From Emiliania huxleyi CCMP1516 (lineage: Eukaryota), in NCBI RefSeq assembly GCF_000372725.1, contig NW_005201183.1:297896-317895 (forward strand): a stretch of 20,000 nt of DNA, read 5' to 3'. Shown here piece after piece: positions 1-9,470 of this stretch. Made by a program: the position numbers and the translations under genes. The notes beneath the pieces were generated by a model. It made no database searches. It had not been told where the DNA came from and saw only the letters and a list, made by a program, of their open reading frames with translations. How positions within the stretch are numbered: position 1 is the stretch's first letter; each line of letters begins with the position of its first letter.

Positions 1-659
1 GTGCTCGGTGACAAGGCGAACCCTCAGACGACTTTTCATCTCAACGAGGGGCACGTCACCGACATGTGCGAGATCGGCGGGGACCTGCAGTCCCAGCGCG
101 ATGTCCACTACGAAAGTCAAGGTGCCTAGCGCCCTCACAAAGACCTGAGGCAGGCTGGGCAGGGCTCGCGGCGGCACACGGCGGATGCTGTGCGTCACTG
201 GGCCACAAGTTTGGTTTCGGCAACACCCTCGACCAAACCTTGCTCAAGGTTCTTGGGTGCAAAGAGCGCGGCCACAAGTCACAGGGCCCGCTCGTCCATG
301 CGACCGGTAAAGGCTGGGTCAAAGGGCACAAGGGACAGTACTACGACGCGCTCCATGTCAAGAACGGAATCGTCAAAATTTGTCTCGTCGAAAGCCAGGG
401 CGGCATCGCGCCGCCGACCAAGAGAATCATCTTCAACTTCGCCAAAGAGGTCGGCAGCCCGAGCGCCGTCGACCGCACCGACTACGGCACAGCCTCCGGC
501 AGCGCCCGGGGCTTTGTCCAGCACCACTCGCAACAGCTCTCGCGCGCCGCCGTCTGTGGCGACGCGCAAAACATCAACAACGCTGCTCGCAACATGCGTG
601 TCGCGCACTCATTCATGACCGGTCTCAATGCCCCACCCCCCTGCGCGCGGGCCTTCTAG
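1..659 (+). mobile_element. 3' end of a degenerate non-LTR retrotransposon ORF (CRE-like, restriction-like endonuclease C-terminus); frameshifted; 5' part lies outside the window
   Basis: Frame 1 reads ..GHVTDMCEIGGD..DVHYE. After a shift near 113-150 it continues (VKVPSALT) and then ..GFGNTLDQ..GQYYDAL..CLVESQGG..HHSQQLSRAAVCGDAQNI. This resembles the PD-(D/E)xK motif, the 'VE..G' motif and the terminal 'QRLS.A..R.NA' motif of RLE-type elements. Recognised by motif only. Confidence 0.55.
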
Positions 660-815
660 GCCCGCGGGTAGTCTCCCCCCATTCCCAGGGCCTCCAGGGC
701 TCGCACCTCAACCTCCCACAGACCAGCGCACAGCGCCATCGGACGTATTTTCTTCTCAATAACAAGGCTGTGAATAAGGTGCCGTGAATATGTGCCCGGA
801 AACTCCTCCACGTGA

Positions 816-1939
816 ATGAAGTCACTTCATCGCGCGCCCATCGCGCTGCTCCTCCTCTCCTCCGCAGGCGCGTGCCTGCCGCAAACGCGCGTCGCCGTCT
901 GTGTCGCTGAGAGCAAGTGCTCCGCCTCCGTCACGCGCCACGGGCCGCTTTCGGCGCTTTCATGCAGCAGCGCACAGACGCACAGAGGGCCACGCACAGA
1001 GACAGTCCAGACGGCTCGGCACGCCGCGGCCGCGCGCTGACCGCGCGTCCGCCGCGCCCGCAGCGCTGCTCTTCGCCGACGAGGAGATCGACGTCGACCG
1101 GACCGACTTTTCTGACCCCGCGCTCTCTGCTGAGCTCGAGGCCGAGGGCCCGAGCGAGCACGTCGAGTCTGCGGCGCTGCTTCCGGATGCCATCGACGAC
1201 AGTGCGCGCCGCCGGCCCGCCTGCGCTTTCGCCGCCGTTGGCCGCCGCCGGTCCCCGCGCAGACGTGCGTCTCTCACGCCTGCCGCCCGCCCGTCTGGCC
1301 GCGCGCAGAGGTGGAGATTGGGGCAAACAACACGCTGCTCATCGCGCTGTCGAACCTGGGCGGCAAGATGTATAACGTGACGCACGTCGACGGCCACCTC
1401 GAGGAGCTCGGCTCCGGCAAGCAGCTCGGCAAGTTTCGCCGGCAGAGCTTTGGCGAGCCTCTCGGCCCGCGCGAGCAGCGCTCGTTCCGGCACCGCCTCC
1501 CGCGCCTCCGCTCTTGGCACCGCCAAACCCTACCCCTCACACCGACACGGACACCGACCCTAGGTACCTCTTCGTGCCCCCGCTGAGCATCAAGCCCGAC
1601 GCGTACCGCCTCGTCTTCTCCATCTACTACCAGAACCGCGACGCCGCCAAGTTTGTGGACGCCATCTTCAACGAGACCGCCAACCTGGTGCCAGCCACCG
1701 ACCTCGGGATCGACGCCGACATGATGCTGCTCGCGGGCGGCGCGGCGGCGGGCGCGGCGATGCTCTTCGCCATCGGCTACCTGCTCTCCTCGGGCAGCGG
1801 GGCGCCGCCGGCCAAGGCCAAGAAGGCCGCGGCGTCGGCGAAGGCGAGCGGCAACGGCGAGGCGAGCGAATGGCTGCAGGGCACGGCGGCGGGCAGCGAG
1901 GGCAAGCCGCGCAGCGGGCGCTCCAAGAAGCGGTCGTGA
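816..1939 (+). CDS. SSR1: Translocon-associated protein alpha (TRAP-alpha/SSR1). Exons 816-867, 1064-1201, 1309-1489, 1564-1939
   Basis: Phase-consistent splicing (GC-AG, GT-AG, GC-AG) gives a signal peptide, an acidic N-terminus, a lumenal domain (LLIALSN..YNVT..G..SFRYLF.P..YRLVFSIYY..AIFNETANLV), one TM helix and a basic tail with 'SEWLQGT..RSKKRS'. This is the typical TRAP-alpha layout. Confidence 0.85.
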
Positions 1940-1946
1940 AGCGGCC

Positions 1947-1958
1947 GAGAGAGGGAGG

Positions 1959-2003
<45 letters not shown>

Positions 2004-2013
2004 GAGAGAGAGA
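1947..2013. repeat. (GA)n microsatellite just downstream of the SSR1 stop
   Basis: Directly visible GA run. Confidence 0.95.
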
Positions 2014-2561
2014 GGACGTGGCTGCGCTGGAAGCTGGCTGGAAGTCGACTAGGACCCGGCACTGTGCCGAGAGGCCGTGGCCGAGGGTGTGCGTCGAGCG
2101 TGCACTCGACCCGCTCGTAGTACCACACAATCTGACACCACAGTTGGATGCTTGGATCCATATGAACTTTTCACGAACTGAGAACTGTGAACTCGTGCTC
2201 CCTTCAGCAGCCTTCTCGGCCCTGTGAGCTGTGTGCGCACACGCAGGTCACAGCAGCACAGATACGACAAGGTGATCAGCTGATCACAGAGAAGCGGTCC
2301 GACAGGTTCGGCACCGGGCACCGCCTCGGTATACAAAATGCGCCTGCGGGCGGACCCTCACAGATCACAGATCGCACAGATAGTTATCCAGGATCTTGCC
2401 CCACCACCTCGTGTGTGTGGAGAGAATACCTTACCTTACCTTACCTACTGTGCAGAAACCACAGGACGCACGCCGTCTCCGACTCATCCGCCGAGGGATT
2501 CGGATTCTCAGGTCGGTGGCTCGGTGCGCGCCGGGGACTGTGCAACTGGCGGGCGCCCACT

Positions 2562-5480
2562 ATGCCTCTCTTCGTGTACGCCCCGCCTTTTTATCTCCTC
2601 CTCCTGCTCCCGACGGCGCGGGCCTTCGCGCCACGTTTCGGTGCGGTGAGACGGCCGACACCCTCAAGCCAGATGGTCGCCGACAGCCGCACCCGGAGCA
2701 AGGCTCAGGGGCGCGGTGGCTGCTGCCACAAGGCGTCCGACTGCCTGGCATCGACGGCTGGTAATCCGGAGGGTGCGAGCGAGCCGCCAGAGCCGTCGTT
2801 GCCGACACGACAGTGCGGCGCGCCTCGTGCTCCTCCCGTGTCGCTCAGCGCCGCAGCGGCCACCTCGTGCGAGGCGCTGCTCCGTTCGACGTTCGAAGGC
2901 ATCGTCGACGCCGACGCCGTCGCCTCGGCCTGCGCCTCGGACGTGGAGTGGGACGACATGTCTGCGGGCGGCCCCGTGAGCGGCCCTGCCGCCGTTCGGT
3001 CGCTGATAGCGGCAAAGTACCCTCGCGGCACACGCCTCGTGCTCGACCGCGTCTCGGACGGTCGCACCTCGGGCGGCTTCGTCTTCCACCGCGAGGCGGA
3101 GGACCGGCCCGGCGCGGTCGGCCTGCGCGGCACGCTCTTTGCAGAGCTCGACGCGGTGCGGCACACTTCTCCCTCTGCCTTCCCTCTCTCGTCTCCCGCA
3201 GCGGCCTCTGCCCGTCACTCCTCCCTCTGCCGTCCCTCTCTCGTCTCCCGCAGCGGCCTCTGCCCGCACCGCCTCGCGCTCCACTGCTGCACTCGCCGCC
3301 TCCACCTCACCGCTGCCACCCTCACCGCCCGCGACACGTCCGCGACACGTCCGCGACACGTCGGCGACACGTCGGCGACACGCCGGGCAGGCGGGCCTCC
3401 TGCGGTACGTCCGCGAGGGCTGCGAGCCGATCATCAAGCCGGGCGAGGCGACCGAGGCGCTGCTCGGGGCGGCGGCTGCGTGCCGCTATGACCAGCGTCT
3501 CTTCACACCTCCAGCCGTGAACAGGTGCTCTGCAACCCGCCCTTCTACGGGGCCGCTGTGAACAGCGTCTCTTCACACCTCCAGCCGTGAACAGGTGCTC
3601 TGCACCCCGCCCTTCTCCTCGGCGAGCGCCCTCCCACACGCCCGACTGTGGACAGGCGCTGCTCAAGGCGGCGACGGCAAACATGGACCGGCCGCGCAAG
3701 CCGCCGCCCACCTTCACGCCCGCGACGCCGACGACGGCGAGCGGCATCGTGCGGTACTTGTGGGAGGAGGCGTACCCGGGCGGCGCGACGCCGTCGGAGG
3801 GCTTGCGCCTCTTCTCGGACGCAATCGAGTACCAGGACTTCAACTACAGAGAGCCATTCGTCGGCAAGGGCGCGGTGCGCGCCTTTGTGGAGGTGCCTCT
3901 GCGGAGGCAGGGCGGGCGGGGGAGTGCGAGCCGCGACCTCTTCACGGCCTCCCTTGCCGAGAGCAGGCCTTCGACATCCCCGGCATCGAATTTGATCTGC
4001 AGCGCGTGTCGGAGGGAGAGCGAGCGGTCTGCTTCACGTGGAAGGCGAGGAGGGGAGAGGGGAGGGGGAGGGGAGGAGAGAGCAGTCTCGGCATGCGGAG
4101 TGCTGCGAGAGAGGCGCCGTTCACGCCTCCTTCCTTGCGAGCACCATCTCTCCCCATCTCTCCCCATCTCTCCCCACATCTCCCCATCACTCCCCATCTC
4201 TCCCCACATCTCCCCACATCTCCCCATCTCTCCCCACATCTCCCCACATCTCCCCACATCTCCCCACATCTCCCCACATCTCCCCACATCTCCCCATATC
4301 TCCCCACATCTCCCGCCAGGTGGTCGTCAACGGGCAGGACGGCCCCTCCGGCATATCCTTCTACGAGGTCGACACAGACGGCAAGGCGTGCGGCACGATA
4401 CCCTACGCGACATCGAACCGCAACCCTGACCCTGACCCCTGACTCTGACCCGGCGACAAGGTGTGCTTCATTCGCGACATCCCCGCGCCGTCGCCGCGAG
4501 GCTTCCGCCCGGCCGGCGCCCTGCTGTCGGCCCCCTCGGCTGCTGGTGCCACAGCCTCCCACGGGCCTTCTTGGAAGCTTCCTACAGGCGCCCTCGCCGC
4601 GGCAGTCGACCCCGAGCTGCGCACCTTCTCGCCCGGCAAGCTCGCAGGCGCACCGCCCACCCGCGCGCTCCGGGCCGTCGCAGTTGGAACGCCGCCTGGA
4701 GCCTCGCCCAGGGGGTTGGAACCTGGGCATCAACCGATAAAGAAAATGGCGGTTCGGAGAAGCTCTCTCCTCGTCGGCCCCGCCTGCTCGAGGGGAGGCC
4801 ACCCTCAGACCGCTTCGCCGAGCGAGGCGAGTCGCGGCGTCGGAGGCGCAAGATCGAGGCCGTGTGTCTGGGACGCACGCCAGATTCCAACCCCCTGGCC
4901 TCGCCTCCCGAGGACGCGGAGACGCGCGGGATTGACCCGGTCTTAGCCCCACCCGGGATGGTACCGCAGCAGCGTTGAGGAGATGGCGTTCTTTCCCCCT
5001 CACCCGGCAGGCGCAGCGCTCGGCGTCGCTTCGGCCGGGATGGGCCTGCTCGCGCCCTTCTTCCGCTGGCAGGCCGAGTGGCAGGCGGGGGCGCTCGGCG
5101 GCGAGGGCGACCGCACGGCGGCGGCGGCGCAGCTGGATGCGGAGGTTGGCTCCGCGCCGGTGGTGATCTACACGTATGGCTGGTCTCCCTTCTCCTCCGA
5201 GGCGGTGGCACTCCTCGACGGCACCGGCTGCGAGTATAAGCAGGTGCAGCTCGGGGCCGAGTGGTTCCTGCTCGGCGGCGTGGCGTCCAGCGTGCGCGCC
5301 GAGCTGCTGCAGCGGCACGGCGTCTCGTCGCTGCCGCATGTCTTCATCGGAGGCCGCAGCGTGGGCGGGCTCTACTCGGGCAACGCGCAGGGCGAGGTCG
5401 GACTCGTCCAGCTCAAGAAGGAGGGCCGCCTCGACGGCTTGCTCCGCGAGGCGGGCGCACTGCGCGCGTCTGACTCTTAG
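2562..5480 (+). CDS. Plastid-targeted protein with two SnoaL/NTF2-like domains and a C-terminal glutaredoxin-like domain. Exons 2562-3155, 3391-3456, 3656-3892, 3967-4044, 4320-4385, 4461-4515, 4588-4647, 5011-5480
   Basis: All junctions are phase-consistent. The signal peptide ends ..TARA-FAP (complex-plastid ASAFAP-like motif). SnoaL-like motifs: 'ASDVEWDDM..PVSG..AVR' and 'FSDAIEYQDFNYREPFVGKGAVRAF..GISFYEVD..KVCFIRD'. Grx fold: 'VVIYTYGWSPFS..SLPHVFIGG..VGG'. An extra in-frame intron within exon 1 cannot be excluded. Confidence 0.75.
3482..3616. repeat. Intronic tandem duplication with 70 bp period (two copies)
   Basis: gccgctRtgaMcagcgtctcttcacacctccagccgtgaacaggtgctctgcaMcccgcccttct occurs at ~3482 and ~3552. 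Confidence 0.9.
4144..4314. repeat. Intronic 10-11 bp tandem repeat (TCCCCACATC / TCCCCATCTC)n
   Basis: Directly visible array inside intron 4045-4319. Confidence 0.95.
4709..4897. mobile_element. 189 bp MITE, hAT-like, inside intron 4648-5010
   Basis: 18 bp TIRs cagggggttggaacctgg (4709-4726) and ccagattccaaccccctg (4880-4897), one mismatch. Perfect 8 bp TSD gcctcgcc at 4701-4708 and 4898-4905. Confidence 0.85.
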
Positions 5481-6228
5481 ATGAATCGATCGCGATTTTC
5501 CCCGAGGTCAGAGCCTTCCTTGGGGCCTGTGCGCCATATTCTTCGTATATTCTTTGTCGAAGCGATTTTCAGCGAGATTTTCAGCCGGAATATAAAGAAT
5601 ATTCGAGAATTTAAACAAAACAATTCTCTCTCAGCTCACCTCCCCCCGCCCGTGATTCGCGGAGACCCGACCCGTGCGCAAAACAGGGGGTATGTGCAGC
5701 ACTGGCGTGGCCCATCGGGGCGACTGGAGCAGCCACGTCCGCCGCACAGCCCGCAAGTAGCGTTGCAGCAGACCCGGCTGCTTGGGGTGCAGGACGCCGG
5801 CCGAGCAGTCGGCGAACGAAGGAGGAGGCCGTGTGCTCCACGGGCCTGATGGTGAGGTTGAGACGGTGGGAGAGATGACCATGTCGTGCGCCTCGGCCTG
5901 CGAGGCGGGTTGGGGCCTCATGTCACGCGCAAGTTGGATCGGCCCGCCCCCTATGCCCTATTTTTCCGAGCTATGAAATGAATTAAAGCACAGGTCCCTT
6001 GTTGCAATCCAAACCCCCCCTTTGCCGCCTCCTCCCCCACCGCTCCCCCCTCTCCTCTCCGCCCTCGCCCCCTTCACCGCCGCCACCGCCGCCTCCACCG
6101 CCGGCCCCTTCCTTGCCGCCTCCTCTCTGACCGCCTCCTCCCCCCTCCGCGCCACCTCCGCCCCATCTCCGCCCCATCCCCGCCCCATCTCCGCTCCATC
6201 TCCGTTCCCTCTCGGCCCCCGTCATCAT

Positions 6229-6327
6229 CTCGGCTCAGACTCGGCTCAGACTCGGCTCAGACTCGGCTCAGACTCGGCTCAGACTCGGCTCAGACTCGGC
6301 TCAGACTCGGCTCAGACTCGGCTTAGA
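6229..6327. repeat. 11 bp tandem repeat (CTCGGCTCAGA) x ~9
   Basis: Directly visible. Lies upstream of the acceptor site at 6386-6387, in an intron-like position. Confidence 0.95.
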
Positions 6328-6387
6328 CCCGGCTCCCTCTCGGTCGAAGGTTGCAGCTGTCCCCGACGCCCCCTCGTGCCGCGCCAG

Positions 6388-6595
6388 GTGCGCCATGGCG
6401 CTCGTGCACTCGCGTATCCGGCGGCTCGTGTACGCGCTGCCCGCCCCCGGAGGCGCGTGCGGATCCGCGTACCGCGTCCACACCATCCCGTCCATCAACC
6501 ACCACTACCAGGTCGTGCGCGGCCTGCTGCGCGACGAGGCGGCGGAGGCGCTCGGGCTGACCGGCCCGGCGGCCTCCGACCTCAAGCCGGGGTGA
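6388..6595 (+). CDS. ADAT3: Terminal exon of tRNA-specific adenosine-34 deaminase subunit Tad3/ADAT3; no upstream exons found
   Basis: After cgccag| the exon reads CAMALVHSRIRRLVYA..GGACGSAYRVHTIPSINHHYQV, matching the Tad3 C-terminal consensus (EPCxMCxMALVHSRI..GALGS..LH....LNH.Y.V). Confidence 0.7.
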
Positions 6596-7178
6596 GGCGG
6601 GCGTGTCGCAGCAGAGGTCAGTGTGTTGAGAACATTTAGACCGTGGAGGTGGGGATCGAATTTTCACCAGCCCGTGTGGCAAAGATGCAGATGCTCCTGC
6701 GCCTGTGTCGAACCTCGGCGAGAGAGAGCCGTTAGTTGGTTGCACGTTGTTGCTTGAAGGTTGAATTCTTTTTGGCGGCTGAAAATTCTTTATTTTCGCT
6801 GTGCCTTTTCGCTTTTGTTGTGCCAGTCCGTGCCTCTTCCCTCAGTGCTCCTGCGGCACTTGGAGCACTTGGAGTGCAGTCATCGAGCTAAGAAGCGCAC
6901 CAATTATGTAGGAATTCTTTTTTGAATATTCCGACAAGGGCAAAAAAATCGCGTCCCATCGCTCCGCTCAGCCTTCAACTGCTCCATGGAGCACCGAGCG
7001 GACCGAAAGACCTCGCCTGCTGCGCTGGAGCACCTCGCCACTGAGTGTGACGAGCACCTCGCAGGCCGCGAACGTCTCAAAGTACATCGCTGCGGGTCCC
7101 GTACAGCATACCACGCAACTTCCAGAGGGGGGGGGGGGGTGTGATACCAATCATAGGCGTGTGAGACGCGGCGATACG

Positions 7179-8007
7179 CTAGACCGTGACTGCAACGTCA
7201 CGTGCCGCTGTGTCGGCATCGCAAGAGCTACTGCTGCCTCTCCTGCCGCCAGCGTATGCCGTTTCTTTGCTCAGCCGGTACCCCCCCACCCCCCACCCCC
7301 GGGGCCGGGGGGGGGGAGCTGCATATATGTTGCGGTTGGCGGAGGCGGCCGCTCGTCGCAGCTGCTGGGACTCCTTTGCCTTGGCCGCTGTTGCGCCCAG
7401 TGCCTTCGCCAGAAGCACGCGTGACACCTAGAGACACGCTCCAATCTGAGGTGTGTGTGTCACATCCACACACTAAAATCGCGAGCGGCGCCTCGCGGTA
7501 TACGCCAGGAAAGAAGGAGCGCGCAAGATCGCGATACAACCCATCGTTGATGAGCTCCTGCGGTGTGACTTCAAACATTCTGTCAAACGCACAGCCGCCG
7601 AGCGCGGGGTCATTCTCGTGCACCATGACGATCTTCAGCTTGTCCTCGCGCGCCTGCTTGACCTGCTCGGCCAGCCGCTCGCCGTCGTGCTCTAACCAGG
7701 TAGTCTGATTGAGGTACAACAGCATGTGGGTCACATCGCCGGCGCGGCGCGTTCGGCGTGCCAGCCCGCGAGATGCCATGGAGGGGTGCGCTGCTGCAGA
7801 AGAGCCAACGTCCGCAACGGTGGAGACGGTGAGGCCGGGAAAGGCCCTGGCAAGCTCGCGAGCCAGCTCTGCGGCGCCCGGGTTGGCTGGCGAGGCCCAT
7901 AGGACCACCGGCTTCGAGAAGACAAGCGTCTGGGTTGAGGCGTCGCCCGGCACAAAGAGGGGGAGGGAGCTCATTCGACAGTAGTTGGGCATGCGTAGTA
8001 GTAGGGC
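7179..8007 (-). CDS. 3' exons (8007-7492, 7427-~7179) of a protein with a TIR-like alpha/beta C-terminal domain; 5' part missing or disrupted
   Basis: Acceptor at 8008 and a GC-AG intron 7491-7428 join ..GVYRE|VSRVLLAKALGA. The segment 'THMLLYLNQTTW..LAEQVKQAREDKLKIVMVHE..FDRMFEVTPQEL..GLY' resembles the TIR betaC-alphaC-betaD pattern. Domain call is inference; the final exon structure is uncertain. Confidence 0.5.
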
Positions 8008-8133
8008 CTAATGCAAAACAAGCCAAGGTGAACACGAGGTCTGCTACAGCAGCCTCCTGCCTCACCATTTCTGCGCGTACGTCCACCGGACACTGGGAAA
8101 TCTCAAAGTTCGCAGGTTCTGAGCACTGGCGAT

Positions 8134-8496
8134 GCACTTGAGCACTTGAGCACTGGATAGGGTCGGTTCCGCATGGTACGGGACCCCTCGATCGTCTCGC
8201 CCACCCTCACTGGCGTGTTCATTGGGGGGGGTCATAACAAACACGGTACAGGATCGAGGTGCACGCTGCCGAAGCAGTGTCGTCCCCCCTCTCCCCGACG
8301 GCGATGGCGGTGTGACCGATCGAGCTACAAGAGGAACTTGTTCAGCAGGATCCGGGTTAGTCTGGCGCACTGCCTCACTGGGCCTGAGATCGCAGCGACG
8401 CTTTCCGTCACCGTCTCGGGTTTATGTGGGATCGAACCACTCCGGGATGGGCAAGCCCATAGCCAGATAGGTGGTCTGTTGACCACGGTTAGACCC
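8134..8496 (-). mobile_element. SINE-like element, copy 1 (apparently full length): tRNA-like head, body and (CAAGTGCT)n tail
   Basis: Minus-strand head 8496-8418 contains the B-box/T-loop GGTTCGATCCC. 8137-8352 is near-identical to the reverse complement of 10774-10989. Ends in ccagtgctcaagtgctcaagtgc. Confidence 0.65.
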
Positions 8497-8515
8497 TATG
8501 CAATAGGTAGGTATA

Positions 8516-9470
8516 CCCCCCCCAATGAACACACCAGTGAGGGAGGGCGAGACGATCGAGGGGTCCCGTACCATGCGGAATCGACCCTATCCTGAGGGGT
8601 GGCCCGTCTACCGTCTACCGGTAGACCGGGTAGACGCTAGACCATTTGGTAGACGAGTCTACCGCAGTCTACCAATGAACCTACGACTGCAGTCTACCGG
8701 TAGACTTGGTAGACCGCGGTAGACTGGCCCCTTTTTCAGCCGCCGAACGGTAGACCGCCGCCGCCGGACGGTAGACCGCCTCGGCCAGTTGAATATGCAG
8801 CCTCCAGTTCTCCACTCTGGCGCCACTTTGGCAGACGAGCGCCGGCAGATGCCCTCGCGGCCTGCCGGCGAACGTCCGTCCGGCGAGAACGCGCGATGAA
8901 AGTGCGGTCTGCCGCGCGGGCGAAATCTGCCGGTGAGAGAGGCTGTTGAGCGCGGTCGCTGTGAGCTTCACCTCATGCCATTTCCGTGCGAGGCGAGCTC
9001 CGTGTCTTTTATGAGATCAAATGAACGTCTTTACACACTCATCGGGCGGAACCGCTCACTGCAGAGCACCGCCCTCTCGCGGCTCTCGAGAGCGAGTTTT
9101 CGCCAGACAGCCACACGTCCATTATGGCGCGCGTTCTCGCCGGACGGACGTTCGCCGGCAGGCCGCGAGGGCATCTGCCGGCGCTCGTCTGCCAAATTGG
9201 CGTCAGAGTGGAGAACTGGAGGCTGCATATTCAAACCGCCGAGGTGGTCTACCGTCCGGCGGCGGTGGTCTACCGTTCGGCGGCTGAAAAAGGGGTAGAC
9301 CAGTCTACCCGGTCTACCAAGTCTACCGGTAGACTGCAGTCGTAGGTTCATTGGTAGACTGCGGTAGACTCGTCTACCAAATGGTCTACCGTCTACCCCA
9401 GTCTACCCCAGTCTACCGGTAGACGGTAGACGGGCCACCCCTCAGACCCTATCCAGTGCTCAAGTGCTCA
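8516..9470 (+). mobile_element. SINE-like element, copy 2: 5'-truncated (8516-8591 plus 9454-9470), interrupted by a foldback element
   Basis: ccccccccaatgaacacacc..gaccctatcc|agtgctcaagtgctca matches the 3' end of copies 1 and 3. Flanked on both sides by taggtaggta-type sequence. Confidence 0.7.
8592..9445. mobile_element. Non-autonomous DNA transposon with ~300 bp terminal inverted repeats (foldback/MULE- or hAT-like)
   Basis: 8592-~8895 is the reverse complement of ~9129-9445. Ends are CTGAGGGGTGGCCCG..CGGGCCACCCCTCAG, with many subterminal GTAGAC/GTCTAC motifs. TSD is accctatc (8 bp), or gaccctatcc (10 bp) if the ends are taken as 8593/9444. Confidence 0.9.

Noticed and set aside
2272..2287. 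16 bp palindrome gtgatcagctgatcac and nearby cacagat repeats
   Set aside because: Isolated, with no partner end or TSD; function cannot be supported.
3942..5339. 465 aa minus-strand ORF and similar long overlapping ORFs
   Set aside because: Antisense shadows of GC-rich exons and repeats, with no recognisable motifs.
6229..6327. Regular repeat arrays as a CRISPR array
   Set aside because: Head-to-tail 10-11 bp units without spacers, in a eukaryotic intron context, with no cas genes.
8418..8496. Functional tRNA gene
   Set aside because: No anticodon loop, and it is embedded in a repeated element; treated as a SINE head.
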